Source: an uncultured Spirochaetales bacterium (lineage in GTDB: Bacteria > Spirochaetota > Spirochaetia > CAYRYS01). Taken from it: a DNA stretch of 64,000 bases. Positions 10,185 to 18,852 of the stretch are shown here, piece after piece. Each line of letters begins with the position of its first letter. The first letter of the stretch is position 1. The position numbers were made by a program, and so were the translations under genes. Under the pieces are notes generated by a model, which had not been told where the DNA came from, ran no database searches, and was given only the letters and a program-made list of their open reading frames with translations. The stretch spans positions 1-64,000 of the forward strand of contig CAYRYS010000004.1 of NCBI GenBank assembly GCA_964428555.1, read 5' to 3'.

Positions 10185-10577
10185 TTATTCCGGAAAACAG
10201 GATTTATTACGTAAACTCTTCGATATAATATATACTACCCACCCGAAACCAGTACCAATTGTTGCTCCGATGAAATCGAAAAGCCAATCAACAGGATCGG
10301 TTGTGCGGGAGGCAAACCCTTGAAGAATCTCTATCAGGCCGCCGTAAAGAGAACAACAGATAATGGATAAGAAAAAAACCAGTACAGGCCCCTTATTCCT
10401 CGTTTTCAGCGCCCAGAAAAAGAGGAACCCGAGCAATGCATAGGCAATTGCGTGTTCTATCTTATCCAAGTAAATAAAATACTGGACAGGAATAAATGTA
10501 TCAGGCATAAGAGAAAATACGAGGATTAATATAGCAACTAATACCAGCAAAAAAGTGGTTACTCTGTGAAGCAGCAT
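10185..10577 (-). CDS. VanZ-family membrane protein
   Basis: 130 aa with 4 TM helices and VanZ-like conserved residues (DKIEHAIAYALLG ... IEILQGFASRTTDPVD). Confidence 0.6.
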   Translation of the reverse strand: MLLHRVTTFLLVLVAILILVFSLMPDTFIPVQYFIYLDKIEHAIAYALLGFLFFWALKTRNKGPVLVFFLSIICCSLYGGLIEILQGFASRTTDPVDWLFDFIGATIGTGFGWVVYIISKSLRNKSCFPE

Positions 10578-10769
10578 ATCCAGAAACTATCGTTTTTATT
10601 CACTCACGTCAATACCGACTACAGAGAATGCATTGTCTTAAAGAGAAAAGAAATGCCATTTCTTACCAAATCCAGCAACATTATACATATTTACAGTATA
10701 TTATTCCACATATTCGTATATTAATAGGCATTTATGCATAAATATTTATCATTTTACGTATTTATACGA

Positions 10770-10798
10770 TTGACATATCAAGCCTGGATTTGTATGCT
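10770..10798 (+). promoter_or_regulatory. Putative sigma70-like promoter (TTGACA-17nt-TATGCT) feeding a leaderless aminotransferase mRNA
   Basis: TTGACA at 10770..10775, a 17-nt spacer, TATGCT at 10793..10798, then ATG 10805 only 6 nt downstream with no SD sequence. Confidence 0.25.
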
Positions 10799-10804
10799 TC
10801 CACC

Positions 10805-12103
10805 ATGAATGAAATAGCAATACAACTAAACGAGAAACTCAAAGGGACTGTTGCCCTTGAATTAATGTCAGACTTTGGAAAGCGATTTTACTTTCCTAAA
10901 GGCGTTGCAGCTCAGAGCACTGAAGCAAAAAAGAAAGCATATAAATTTAATGCTACTATAGGAATGGCCTTTCAGGAAGGCGAGCCCTATATTCTTCCCT
11001 CTCTGCATAAGCACATCTCTGAGCTTACACCGAAAGAGGCAGTTCCCTATGCTCCGACAAGCGGACTGCTGAACCTGCGGGAGAGCTGGAAATCTCAAAT
11101 TTTAAAAAAAAATAAAAGTCTTTCTCCTGAAAGCTTTTCTTTACCAGTAGTTGTTCCCGGACTTACAAACGGAATATCTCAGATTGCAGATCTGTTTATT
11201 TCAGAAGATGACAACATCGTTCTCCCGGATATGTTCTGGGGCAATTACACCCTTATTTTTCAGGGCAGGAAGCAGGCAACGATAAAATCCTTTTCCTTTT
11301 TTACTTCTGAGGGCGGTTTTAATACCAAGGGAATGGAAGAGGCGCTTATAACAGCCGAGAAAAACGGCAAGATTGTTCTGCTGCTCAATTTTCCGAACAA
11401 CCCTACCGGATACACTCCAACAAAGGAAGAAGCTGAAGAAATAATTTCCATTATTACCGAGTTAGCAGCAAAGGGAAAGAAAATATTAGTAGTGTCAGAC
11501 GATGCCTATTTTGGTTTATTTTACGAAGAAAATCTTTATAGTGAATCATTATTCTCCAGATTGGCACAGGCGCATGAAAATATCCTGGCAGTAAAGGTAG
11601 ACGGAACGACTAAAGAAGACTATGCATGGGGCTTTAGAATAGGGTTTGTCAGTTTCGGAAACAAAGGGATGAAGTCAGAATCATACGATGCTCTGAATCA
11701 AAAGCTGACAGGTGCAATCCGCTCTTCTGTTTCCAATTCATCGCGAATTGCCCAAAGCCTCTTAGTAAGAATGATGAACAGTCCTGAGTATGGAGATGAA
11801 AAAAGTACAATTTCACAACAGTTGAAACAAAGATACAAAACAGTGAAAAGGATAGTAGAACACAGAACCACCGGGAAAGCACTCAAGGTTTTGCCTTTTA
11901 ATTCCGGATACTTCATGAGTTTCTATTCGCCTACAGGTGGAACGGAAAAACTGAGAAAACATCTGCTTAACGAGTACGGTATTGGAACTATTTCAATTCA
12001 GGATGCGTACTTGAGAATTGCATATGCAAGTGTTGATAAACACGAAATAGAAGAGCTGTACAATCTGATTTTTGAAGCTGCGGATACAGTACTCGGTAAA
12101 TAG
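10805..12103 (+). CDS. PLP-dependent aminotransferase, class I/II (aspartate/aromatic aminotransferase-like)
   Basis: LNFPNNPTGYTP (the NPTG motif), YAWGFRIGF around the PLP lysine region. The ORF track start 10790 is TTG; the first ATG is 10805. Confidence 0.75.
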   Translation: MNEIAIQLNEKLKGTVALELMSDFGKRFYFPKGVAAQSTEAKKKAYKFNATIGMAFQEGEPYILPSLHKHISELTPKEAVPYAPTSGLLNLRESWKSQILKKNKSLSPESFSLPVVVPGLTNGISQIADLFISEDDNIVLPDMFWGNYTLIFQGRKQATIKSFSFFTSEGGFNTKGMEEALITAEKNGKIVLLLNFPNNPTGYTPTKEEAEEIISIITELAAKGKKILVVSDDAYFGLFYEENLYSESLFSRLAQAHENILAVKVDGTTKEDYAWGFRIGFVSFGNKGMKSESYDALNQKLTGAIRSSVSNSSRIAQSLLVRMMNSPEYGDEKSTISQQLKQRYKTVKRIVEHRTTGKALKVLPFNSGYFMSFYSPTGGTEKLRKHLLNEYGIGTISIQDAYLRIAYASVDKHEIEELYNLIFEAADTVLGK

Positions 12104-12149
12104 CTTTCAGCTCATACTGAAAATATTTAATGATGCCCTGAAATACGGA

Positions 12150-12653
12150 CTACTTGGAACCAAATAAATCCCTATCAATCCCGAGAATTTCAGGATACTC
12201 TTTTAGATAAGGTTTTCCCTTATATAGTCGTTTATCATACTCTATGGTCTTTTCAGCCAAGTCACTGACTAGGTCAGCCATTGTGTTTATATTGTCCTTA
12301 AAATTGCTGATTGCCATATCTTGGAAAACACGTTCTTTGGACTTGTCCTCCAGCCGCACCTTCCACGCATCCGGCCCGTACAAAAGCGTACGAAGCTGCG
12401 GTTTTATTTCGATCCGCAGTTTTTTTATCAGCTTAGAAATTGCTAAGATCATTTCATACAGCTCAGGAACTGATAAATTCTCAGCAGAATAATAATCAGA
12501 ACCTTCTGCCAAAGCAGTAATTTTCTCCCACGCATCTGCTTCAAGCTGCAAATGGGAAATAGCCCTGTGGAGATACCTATTGTTTACGTTTTTTGTATAA
12601 TGGTCCCGCAGTCCTTCTATCTGTTTTATTAACCCTTGATCTTCAATCGCCAT
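12150..12653 (-). CDS. Hypothetical protein (167 aa)
   Basis: ORF with plausible codon usage and no recognisable motifs. Confidence 0.45.
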   Translation of the reverse strand: MAIEDQGLIKQIEGLRDHYTKNVNNRYLHRAISHLQLEADAWEKITALAEGSDYYSAENLSVPELYEMILAISKLIKKLRIEIKPQLRTLLYGPDAWKVRLEDKSKERVFQDMAISNFKDNINTMADLVSDLAEKTIEYDKRLYKGKPYLKEYPEILGIDRDLFGSK

Positions 12654-12920
12654 ATTACACCCCGGCAGCGAGAATACATCACAAAAAGCGTATAGTCAAG
12701 AAATATCGCTTTTACTTGCTTTATGAATACAAAACGCAGAAAGAACCTTCATGAAAACTGCACAAAAGATGCGCTCAAACGAAAAACCCCTGTCATTCGT
12801 ACCCATACCCCTGCATTTTCTCTAATTATAACATATTCTTTTTTATTTTTCCCTGGATGCTGTTAAACTAATTGTCTTTTTTTTGTATGATGGACACTAC
12901 AGGAGCAGACAGGAGACCAT

Positions 12921-14354
12921 ATGATTGAGAATTTACAACAAGTTACCAAGGGCATAGTTACTGCTGAAGTTAAAGGTAAACTCATGCTCGGTATACGCAC
13001 AGGTATGACCGGACGTGCATTTGCAAAAACAAAGCTCATTGAGCTAAAACGCAGCAAAGGCCTCGTAATACAGGAAAATAGAGTAGATGAATGGCAGGCA
13101 AGTGAAATCCAGGAATTTAATAATGAGTCCTACCTATTCGGTCCATACTATGAAGGCGAAAGTCTTTCCAGTGTTCTATCAAAAGAACACACTGCTCCAC
13201 TTGAGGTAATTAAGCGCTTAGTAAAAAACTATCTCCTTTTAAAGGAACGGAAGTTTTACATGCCCACACCACGTGGAAACAGTCTGTTTTTTCTTAAAGA
13301 CGAGGGCATACTCTTTTTACCTGACAAAACAATGCAGGAAACAATTTCATCGCTTACACCGGAAGAGCGGATGGAATTAATTGATAAAATAAACCATCCA
13401 GATTATGCTGGTGAAATTAATATATCCTACTTCCTTGCCGCAGTAACATACAAGCTCTTAACAGGAGACTATCCCTTTACCGGTGAATCGGAACTGCACC
13501 TCCACCAAAGAATACGTACAAGCACACCACTGCCTGCAAGATATCTGCGGCCTGAAATTAAGCAGGAAGTATCGGACAAGCTCAATTCAATATTTCAGGA
13601 GCCCATTCCTCTGGATGATTGGGAGCCGCTGCTTGATGAGTGGGAAAGCCATGGTCTCTTTCGGGAAGTCTCAAACCAGGAAAAGCAGGAGATAATACAG
13701 GAAGGGCTGAAACAAAAGCAGACAAAAGAACGGAAGGAGATGGTCTTTACCTTTCTCAAAACGAAATGGAAAGGTCTATTAGCAAGTATTGCTTCTGCAG
13801 CATTTTTAATTTTCCTTATTACAAGCATTATTATTATCATGCTTGAGCCGAGAGCAACCCGGGGAATGACATCCTATCAGGTTGTGAATACATATTTTTC
13901 CAGTATAAACGACATGGAATTCGACGTATTAGAAGACTGCTTAGACAGGGGAGTCAGGAGAAACCTGGTCGAACAGACAACAAACATGAATGTATTTTCA
14001 AAGATCCGCCAAGGATACGAGGGGGTTACAGGTATTGTTCCCGCGGAAAGCTGGCGGAACGACGGAATGCCTGAAATTGACAGAAACCTATTGATCTACG
14101 GAATAGCAAACCTGGAAATTACCCGGGAAAATGAAACCACCTATCTTGTGGAATATGAAAAATGGGAACCAATCTCTACCCCTCAAGCAGACCCTGAAGA
14201 CACACATATCCTCTGGTTTCAGGGATACAACAGGGTTGAGCGTTTTCACCTCGGACAGGACGGAGAGTATTGGGAAATTCGGGGAATTGAAGTTTTAGAA
14301 GATGAAGAAATCCTGGATAGTGTTCCCTGGCTTGAAGAAGGAGGAACCGAATAA
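12921..14354 (+). CDS. Hypothetical single-pass membrane protein with a degenerate protein-kinase-like cytoplasmic domain
   Basis: AGGAG RBS. Cytoplasmic part carries an eukaryotic-like kinase C-lobe remnant (INISYFLAAVTYKLLTGDYPFTG, like DxWSxGvxxYEmLtGxpPF) but no VAIK/HRD/DFG motifs. A TM helix (LLASIASAAFLIFLITSIIIIML) precedes an extracytoplasmic domain of about 170 aa. Confidence 0.5.
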   Translation: MIENLQQVTKGIVTAEVKGKLMLGIRTGMTGRAFAKTKLIELKRSKGLVIQENRVDEWQASEIQEFNNESYLFGPYYEGESLSSVLSKEHTAPLEVIKRLVKNYLLLKERKFYMPTPRGNSLFFLKDEGILFLPDKTMQETISSLTPEERMELIDKINHPDYAGEINISYFLAAVTYKLLTGDYPFTGESELHLHQRIRTSTPLPARYLRPEIKQEVSDKLNSIFQEPIPLDDWEPLLDEWESHGLFREVSNQEKQEIIQEGLKQKQTKERKEMVFTFLKTKWKGLLASIASAAFLIFLITSIIIIMLEPRATRGMTSYQVVNTYFSSINDMEFDVLEDCLDRGVRRNLVEQTTNMNVFSKIRQGYEGVTGIVPAESWRNDGMPEIDRNLLIYGIANLEITRENETTYLVEYEKWEPISTPQADPEDTHILWFQGYNRVERFHLGQDGEYWEIRGIEVLEDEEILDSVPWLEEGGTE

Positions 14355-14378
14355 TGAGATTAGCAGGATTAAAAAGAC

Positions 14379-15164
14379 CTAGGAAATAGTTACGTCCTTT
14401 TTCGCATAGAACAGAGAACGCGGTACGGTTCCATCAATAATCTTGCGTACATCGTAGTTTCCGTTTGCTACGATAGTATCAATTCCAGCCTTTGTTACCA
14501 TTTCCGCAGCTTTTAACTTTGACTGCATCCCCCCTAATCCGAGCCTGCTTTTTCCATTAGAAACCATGCCCCGGATCTCCTCATCAATTTCATGAATCTC
14601 TTCTAATAGATTTACATCTGCAACCTGCTTTGGATCAAGCTGGTATAATCCGTCTACATCAGTAAGCAGGATCGCAAGGTCTACTTTTAGGTTACATGCA
14701 ACAAGTGCAGCAAGAATGTCATTATCAGAAAAATACCCGGTCCCTTCCAGCTCCTCCTTATTGATAAGGTCATTTTCATTAATAATGGGCACCATTCCCC
14801 GCTGCATGTATGTATTGAGAATCTCGATAATCGTCTGCTCTTCCTTAACTGAAGCAAAATTATGGTGTGTCAAAAGCACTTGCGAAATGAAGATATCCTT
14901 CATCTTAAAAAGGTCTTTATAATACTTAATCAACCGCGTCTGCCCGATCCCGGACAAGAGCTGGAGTTCAAGCGTATCCTTCGGCCGTTCGGAAATTCCG
15001 CACACCTCCATTCCGGCTGCGACCGCACCTGAGGATACAATAGTAACCTCGTGTCCTGCAGCATGAAGTGCAGAAATCTCTTTTACCTTGTCTGCCATCC
15101 AGAAGTAGTCAATTCTATTATTTCTGCTAATGAGCGCGCTTCCTGCCTTTATTAGGATTTTCAT
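14379..15164 (-). CDS. proB: Glutamate 5-kinase (short form, no PUA domain)
   Basis: MKILIKAGSALIS... amino-acid-kinase fold. Its ATG overlaps the proA stop (ATGA). Confidence 0.85.
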   Translation of the reverse strand: MKILIKAGSALISRNNRIDYFWMADKVKEISALHAAGHEVTIVSSGAVAAGMEVCGISERPKDTLELQLLSGIGQTRLIKYYKDLFKMKDIFISQVLLTHHNFASVKEEQTIIEILNTYMQRGMVPIINENDLINKEELEGTGYFSDNDILAALVACNLKVDLAILLTDVDGLYQLDPKQVADVNLLEEIHEIDEEIRGMVSNGKSRLGLGGMQSKLKAAEMVTKAGIDTIVANGNYDVRKIIDGTVPRSLFYAKKDVTIS

Positions 15165-16438
15165 AGCATGTCCTTGTGTGTAAATGTTTTTTCTCCATCA
15201 GCATAGGGTGTAACTGTATGGCCTTTGCCTCTGAGTATGTACTTTGTGGTTGTTAACCCTTCTAAGCCTACAGGTCCTCTTGCGTGTATTTTACTGGTTG
15301 AAATACCAACCTCAGCACCGAGGCCGTAACGAAATCCGTCAGCAAAGCGGGTTGAGGCATTGTGCATAACAGAACTTGAGTCTACAAGTCTGAGAAACTC
15401 ATCAGCAGTCGCATCGTTCTCTGTAACAATGCAATCAGTATGATGACTTCCATAAGCATTAATATGCTCCATTGCCTCTGCGGCAGATTCTACGACCTTC
15501 ACAGATAGTATGAGATCTGTATACTCAGTGCTCCAATCTTCCTCTGAAGCTGGAGCACAGGAGATTATGTTACGGGTCTTCTCATCTCCCCGGAGCAAGA
15601 CATCAGTAAGTTTTTCCGCAATCTTCGGAAGCACCTTTTCTGCAACATCCGAATGGACAAGCAGTGTTTCAAGGGCATTACATACCGCAGGGTATTGGCA
15701 TTTTGAGTCGTGTGTCAGTTCTACTGCTTTTGACAAGTCTGCATTTTTATCTATATAAAGATGACAAATCCCGTCAGCATGACCCAGCACAGGTATTTTG
15801 GTGTTTTCCTGAATATACCGGACAAGCGCATTGGAACCACGGGGGATCATAAGGTCAATCAAGTCATCCATTTCCAAGAGCTCTTTAATCTCTTCTCTGG
15901 TTTCCACTAGGTGCAAAGCGCCTGTGTACATTTTACTTGTGTCTTCTGCAGCTTTGCGCATGAGGGAAAAGAGAATTCTATTTGAATACAGCGCTTCTTT
16001 CCCTCCCTTTAACAAGACAGAATTTCCGGATTTCATGCATAGCCCTGCAATCTGTACTAGTGCATCCGGACGTGATTCAAATATGACACCGATTACTCCA
16101 ATAGGCACACTAACCCGCTCAAGTACAAGCCCTGCATCAAGCTCCCGCTTTACACTCCTGCGGCCGAGTGGATCGTCTAATAGAGAAATACTCCGTAAGC
16201 CCTCAGCCATTTTTTTTACCTTTTGTTCAGAAAGCTTGAGCCGCTTTAATAGCGGGCCAGCCAACCCAGTTTTTTCTGCTGCTTCAAGGTCCTTCGCATT
16301 TTCTGTAAGCACCTGTGTAATGTTATCTTCCAGAAGCTGCGCGGCACGGATAAGTGACGCATTCCGTACTTCCTTTAGTGTTGTTGCAAGCAAAAATGAT
16401 GATTTTTTGGCAAGTTCAGCCTGCTCCCGTACTTTCAT
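15161..16438 (-). CDS. proA: Glutamate-5-semialdehyde dehydrogenase (gamma-glutamyl phosphate reductase)
   Basis: 425-aa ALDH-superfamily protein with the ProA catalytic-Cys region VCNALETLLVH. Overlaps proC (ATGA) and proB. Confidence 0.85.
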   Translation of the reverse strand: MKVREQAELAKKSSFLLATTLKEVRNASLIRAAQLLEDNITQVLTENAKDLEAAEKTGLAGPLLKRLKLSEQKVKKMAEGLRSISLLDDPLGRRSVKRELDAGLVLERVSVPIGVIGVIFESRPDALVQIAGLCMKSGNSVLLKGGKEALYSNRILFSLMRKAAEDTSKMYTGALHLVETREEIKELLEMDDLIDLMIPRGSNALVRYIQENTKIPVLGHADGICHLYIDKNADLSKAVELTHDSKCQYPAVCNALETLLVHSDVAEKVLPKIAEKLTDVLLRGDEKTRNIISCAPASEEDWSTEYTDLILSVKVVESAAEAMEHINAYGSHHTDCIVTENDATADEFLRLVDSSSVMHNASTRFADGFRYGLGAEVGISTSKIHARGPVGLEGLTTTKYILRGKGHTVTPYADGEKTFTHKDML

Positions 16439-17223
16439 TTTCCAAGCTCCTTACTCCGCTGAGCAGCCCTTCGAACTGTCTTGCGAATATTTTCTTTTAT
16501 ATTTGATCCCTCAAGCACTTCTCTTCCGGCAACAGTTGTGCCACCTGGTGAGCTCACCATGTTTACCAACTCGTCAGTACTCATTCTCTTTTCCATGAGA
16601 AGCTTTGCAGTTCCGAGAAAGGTTTGATATGTCAATGTCTGTGCAGCCTGCTCCTGGATCCCCATCGAAACAGCTTCTTCAATAAAGCCCTCCATAAGCC
16701 TAGCCACAAAGGCAGGCCCTGAACCGGAAACACCGGTAACTGCATCTAAAAGCTTTTCCGGAAATTCAACCGCAGAACCGGAGGTCTCTAGGAGCGAAAG
16801 AACAATCTTCCTGTCCTCTTCTGTTACTTTTGGGGAAACCGAAAAACCTGCTGCCATTTGGCCGACAAGACAGGGTGTGTTCGGCATAACACGGACAATC
16901 CGTGCATTCGGAAGCAGCTTTTCCAGCTTTGCGATAGGTACACCGGCTGCAATGGATATGAAGCAAGTATTAATATAGCCTAGCTCTGAAAGGACTGTAT
17001 CCATTATTTGGGGTTTAACTGCAAGAAAGACATAGTCGCCTCTGGAAGCAACCTCTTTGTTGCTGTGAAAAACCTTAGCAGTCTCAAAGCTGCTTTGAAA
17101 TATATCCAAACGCTCTGAAGATACATCTGAAGCAAGTATTTCCAGACCCGGAAACTGCCTCGAGATCCCGCTTGCCAAGGCATAAGCCATATTCCCTGCA
17201 CCAATAAATCCGATTGACTCCAT
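16435..17223 (-). CDS. proC: Pyrroline-5-carboxylate reductase
   Basis: N-terminal Rossmann motif IGFIGAGNMAYAL and the P5CR C-terminal dimerisation domain. Confidence 0.85.
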   Translation of the reverse strand: MESIGFIGAGNMAYALASGISRQFPGLEILASDVSSERLDIFQSSFETAKVFHSNKEVASRGDYVFLAVKPQIMDTVLSELGYINTCFISIAAGVPIAKLEKLLPNARIVRVMPNTPCLVGQMAAGFSVSPKVTEEDRKIVLSLLETSGSAVEFPEKLLDAVTGVSGSGPAFVARLMEGFIEEAVSMGIQEQAAQTLTYQTFLGTAKLLMEKRMSTDELVNMVSSPGGTTVAGREVLEGSNIKENIRKTVRRAAQRSKELGK

Positions 17224-17363
17224 TCTTCACCCCTTTTTCTGATTATTTGTACTCTAATATAGAACAAGGATGAATTTCAACCGGGAACACTACGGGATAA
17301 GATAAGTTCATTTTTAGCAATTACATAGTTTATACTGCTATACACACATTCTAATTGTAGAGG

Positions 17364-17915
17364 CTAGTGATAGCATATATCCCTGCTTATTACGCCGCTG
17401 TCCACATATTGAAAATCAGGATCAATTTTCTGCTGAGATACTACGCCTATCATATAATCTTCGGTATTTTGTAATAGATAGTTCCACAGAAATCTATCCT
17501 TACCCGTAAAGGCTCCGCGCCCTTTAATGCATATAGGTATTTCAAACTCCTTCAATGCCTGAGGAAGTCCGAATCCTAATGCTTTCCCGTACGACTCTTT
17601 TAAAGTCCAAATCCGGTAAAAAATATCAGCCTTTTCCCGCGCAGGGGCATTGTTCAATACGGCTTGTTCATAATCTGTCAGATATTTTGCCAGGGACGAA
17701 AAATCGATTATACGTATTTTTTCTATGTCACAGCCTAAAGTGCCCGAGCCGAGAGCACATACAACACGGGCATCAGAGTGAGCAAGAGAAAAAGACAGGG
17801 AAGAATTTACTATATAAGGTTTTCCCTTTCCAGTGGAGCGCAATGTATTTTCATCCAGAATAATATCAAACTCTTCCTTTAGCGCATGGTATAACAGTGC
17901 ATATGCTGTGAGCAT
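17364..17915 (-). CDS. 4'-phosphopantetheinyl transferase, Sfp type (ORF as called from first ATG; likely N-terminally longer, see findings)
   Basis: GKGKPYI...SLSHS, GCDIE, WTLKESYGKALG are the three PPTase motifs. Immediately downstream of the NRPS gene. Confidence 0.75.
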   Translation of the reverse strand: MLTAYALLYHALKEEFDIILDENTLRSTGKGKPYIVNSSLSFSLAHSDARVVCALGSGTLGCDIEKIRIIDFSSLAKYLTDYEQAVLNNAPAREKADIFYRIWTLKESYGKALGFGLPQALKEFEIPICIKGRGAFTGKDRFLWNYLLQNTEDYMIGVVSQQKIDPDFQYVDSGVISRDICYH

Positions 17916-18052
17916 TCTATTTTTATCTTCTGAATATCTGAATGAAGTATATTTGTTTCTTTTATTATGGGGTAATACTGAAAGCAGGTATTCAATAGAA
18001 TTTGAGGATACCTTTTCTAACAGTCCACTGGTAAAAACACGGGTTTTAGTAA

Positions 18053-18784
18053 TTATTTCGTTTCCTGTATTGTCTTACCTATTAAATCTATAATTTCTTC
18101 AGGCGCAAAGGGTTTTGCCAGAACTCCGGCTACTTCCATTTCTTTAAATTTGGTCAATGTTTCAGATTCTTCCTTCGCATAGGCTGTAATGACAATAGTA
18201 GGTACAAGTTTTCCAAGGGATTTTAACTTCAAATATACCTCAAGACCATTGAGTTCTGGTATTCTTACATCAAGAATCAGCAGCTCAGCACCGTTTTCTA
18301 CAACATGCTGTACAGCGTCATATCCTGTTTGAGCGATCTCAACCTGATATCCCTGCTCTTCCAGTAAATCCTTGAGAGAATCTGCGCAGCTTACATCATC
18401 TTCAACAAGCAGAATATACCCGTTTGGACAAATAGATTTGATAACAGAAAAAAGCACCTCTGTTTCAAAAGGCTTTCGGAGCACCTCTAAAGCACCGTGT
18501 TCCATTGCCTGCTCTAAAAGCTGTTCAACTTTATACCCTGTCATCATTACTACTTTACATTCAGGAACGTGTTTCTGTATTTCAAGAAAACTGTCAACTC
18601 CGTTTTTTCCGGGAAGCTTTACATCCATAAAAATAAGATCATAATGGGCATTCTGCGCCATCTCAATAGCTTCCTCTCCTGAAGGTGCTACATCTGCATT
18701 ATACCCGTTTATCTCTAAAATATCTGCTAATGTTTCAGCAAGATCAATATTATCATCTACAATTAAAAAGCGCATATTCATCAA
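18053..18784 (-). CDS. Response regulator with two tandem receiver (REC) domains and no output domain
   Basis: REC1: LIVDDNIDLAETL...DLIFMDVKLPGKNG. REC2: ILLVEDDVSCADSL...LLILDVRIPELNG...K. AAGGA RBS. Confidence 0.8.
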   Translation of the reverse strand: MMNMRFLIVDDNIDLAETLADILEINGYNADVAPSGEEAIEMAQNAHYDLIFMDVKLPGKNGVDSFLEIQKHVPECKVVMMTGYKVEQLLEQAMEHGALEVLRKPFETEVLFSVIKSICPNGYILLVEDDVSCADSLKDLLEEQGYQVEIAQTGYDAVQHVVENGAELLILDVRIPELNGLEVYLKLKSLGKLVPTIVITAYAKEESETLTKFKEMEVAGVLAKPFAPEEIIDLIGKTIQETK

Positions 18785-18852
18785 TCCTTGTCCAATCTCT
18801 TTAATACACAGTATCGTTTATATACCAATTAAAAGTCAATTCTTTCAGTGTA

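Noticed and set aside
14355-14405. AT-rich imperfect hairpin (aaaaagac...gtccttttt) between the convergent genes 12921..14354 and proB
   Set aside because: The stem is only about 8 bp of mostly A/T pairs with a long loop, too weak to call a terminator confidently.
14379-17223. Idea that proCAB is functionally part of the NRPS cluster (supplying proline or glutamate semialdehyde)
   Set aside because: Only co-orientation and proximity support it. proCAB is an ordinary housekeeping operon and the adenylation-domain codes do not obviously indicate Pro. Mentioned only as context.
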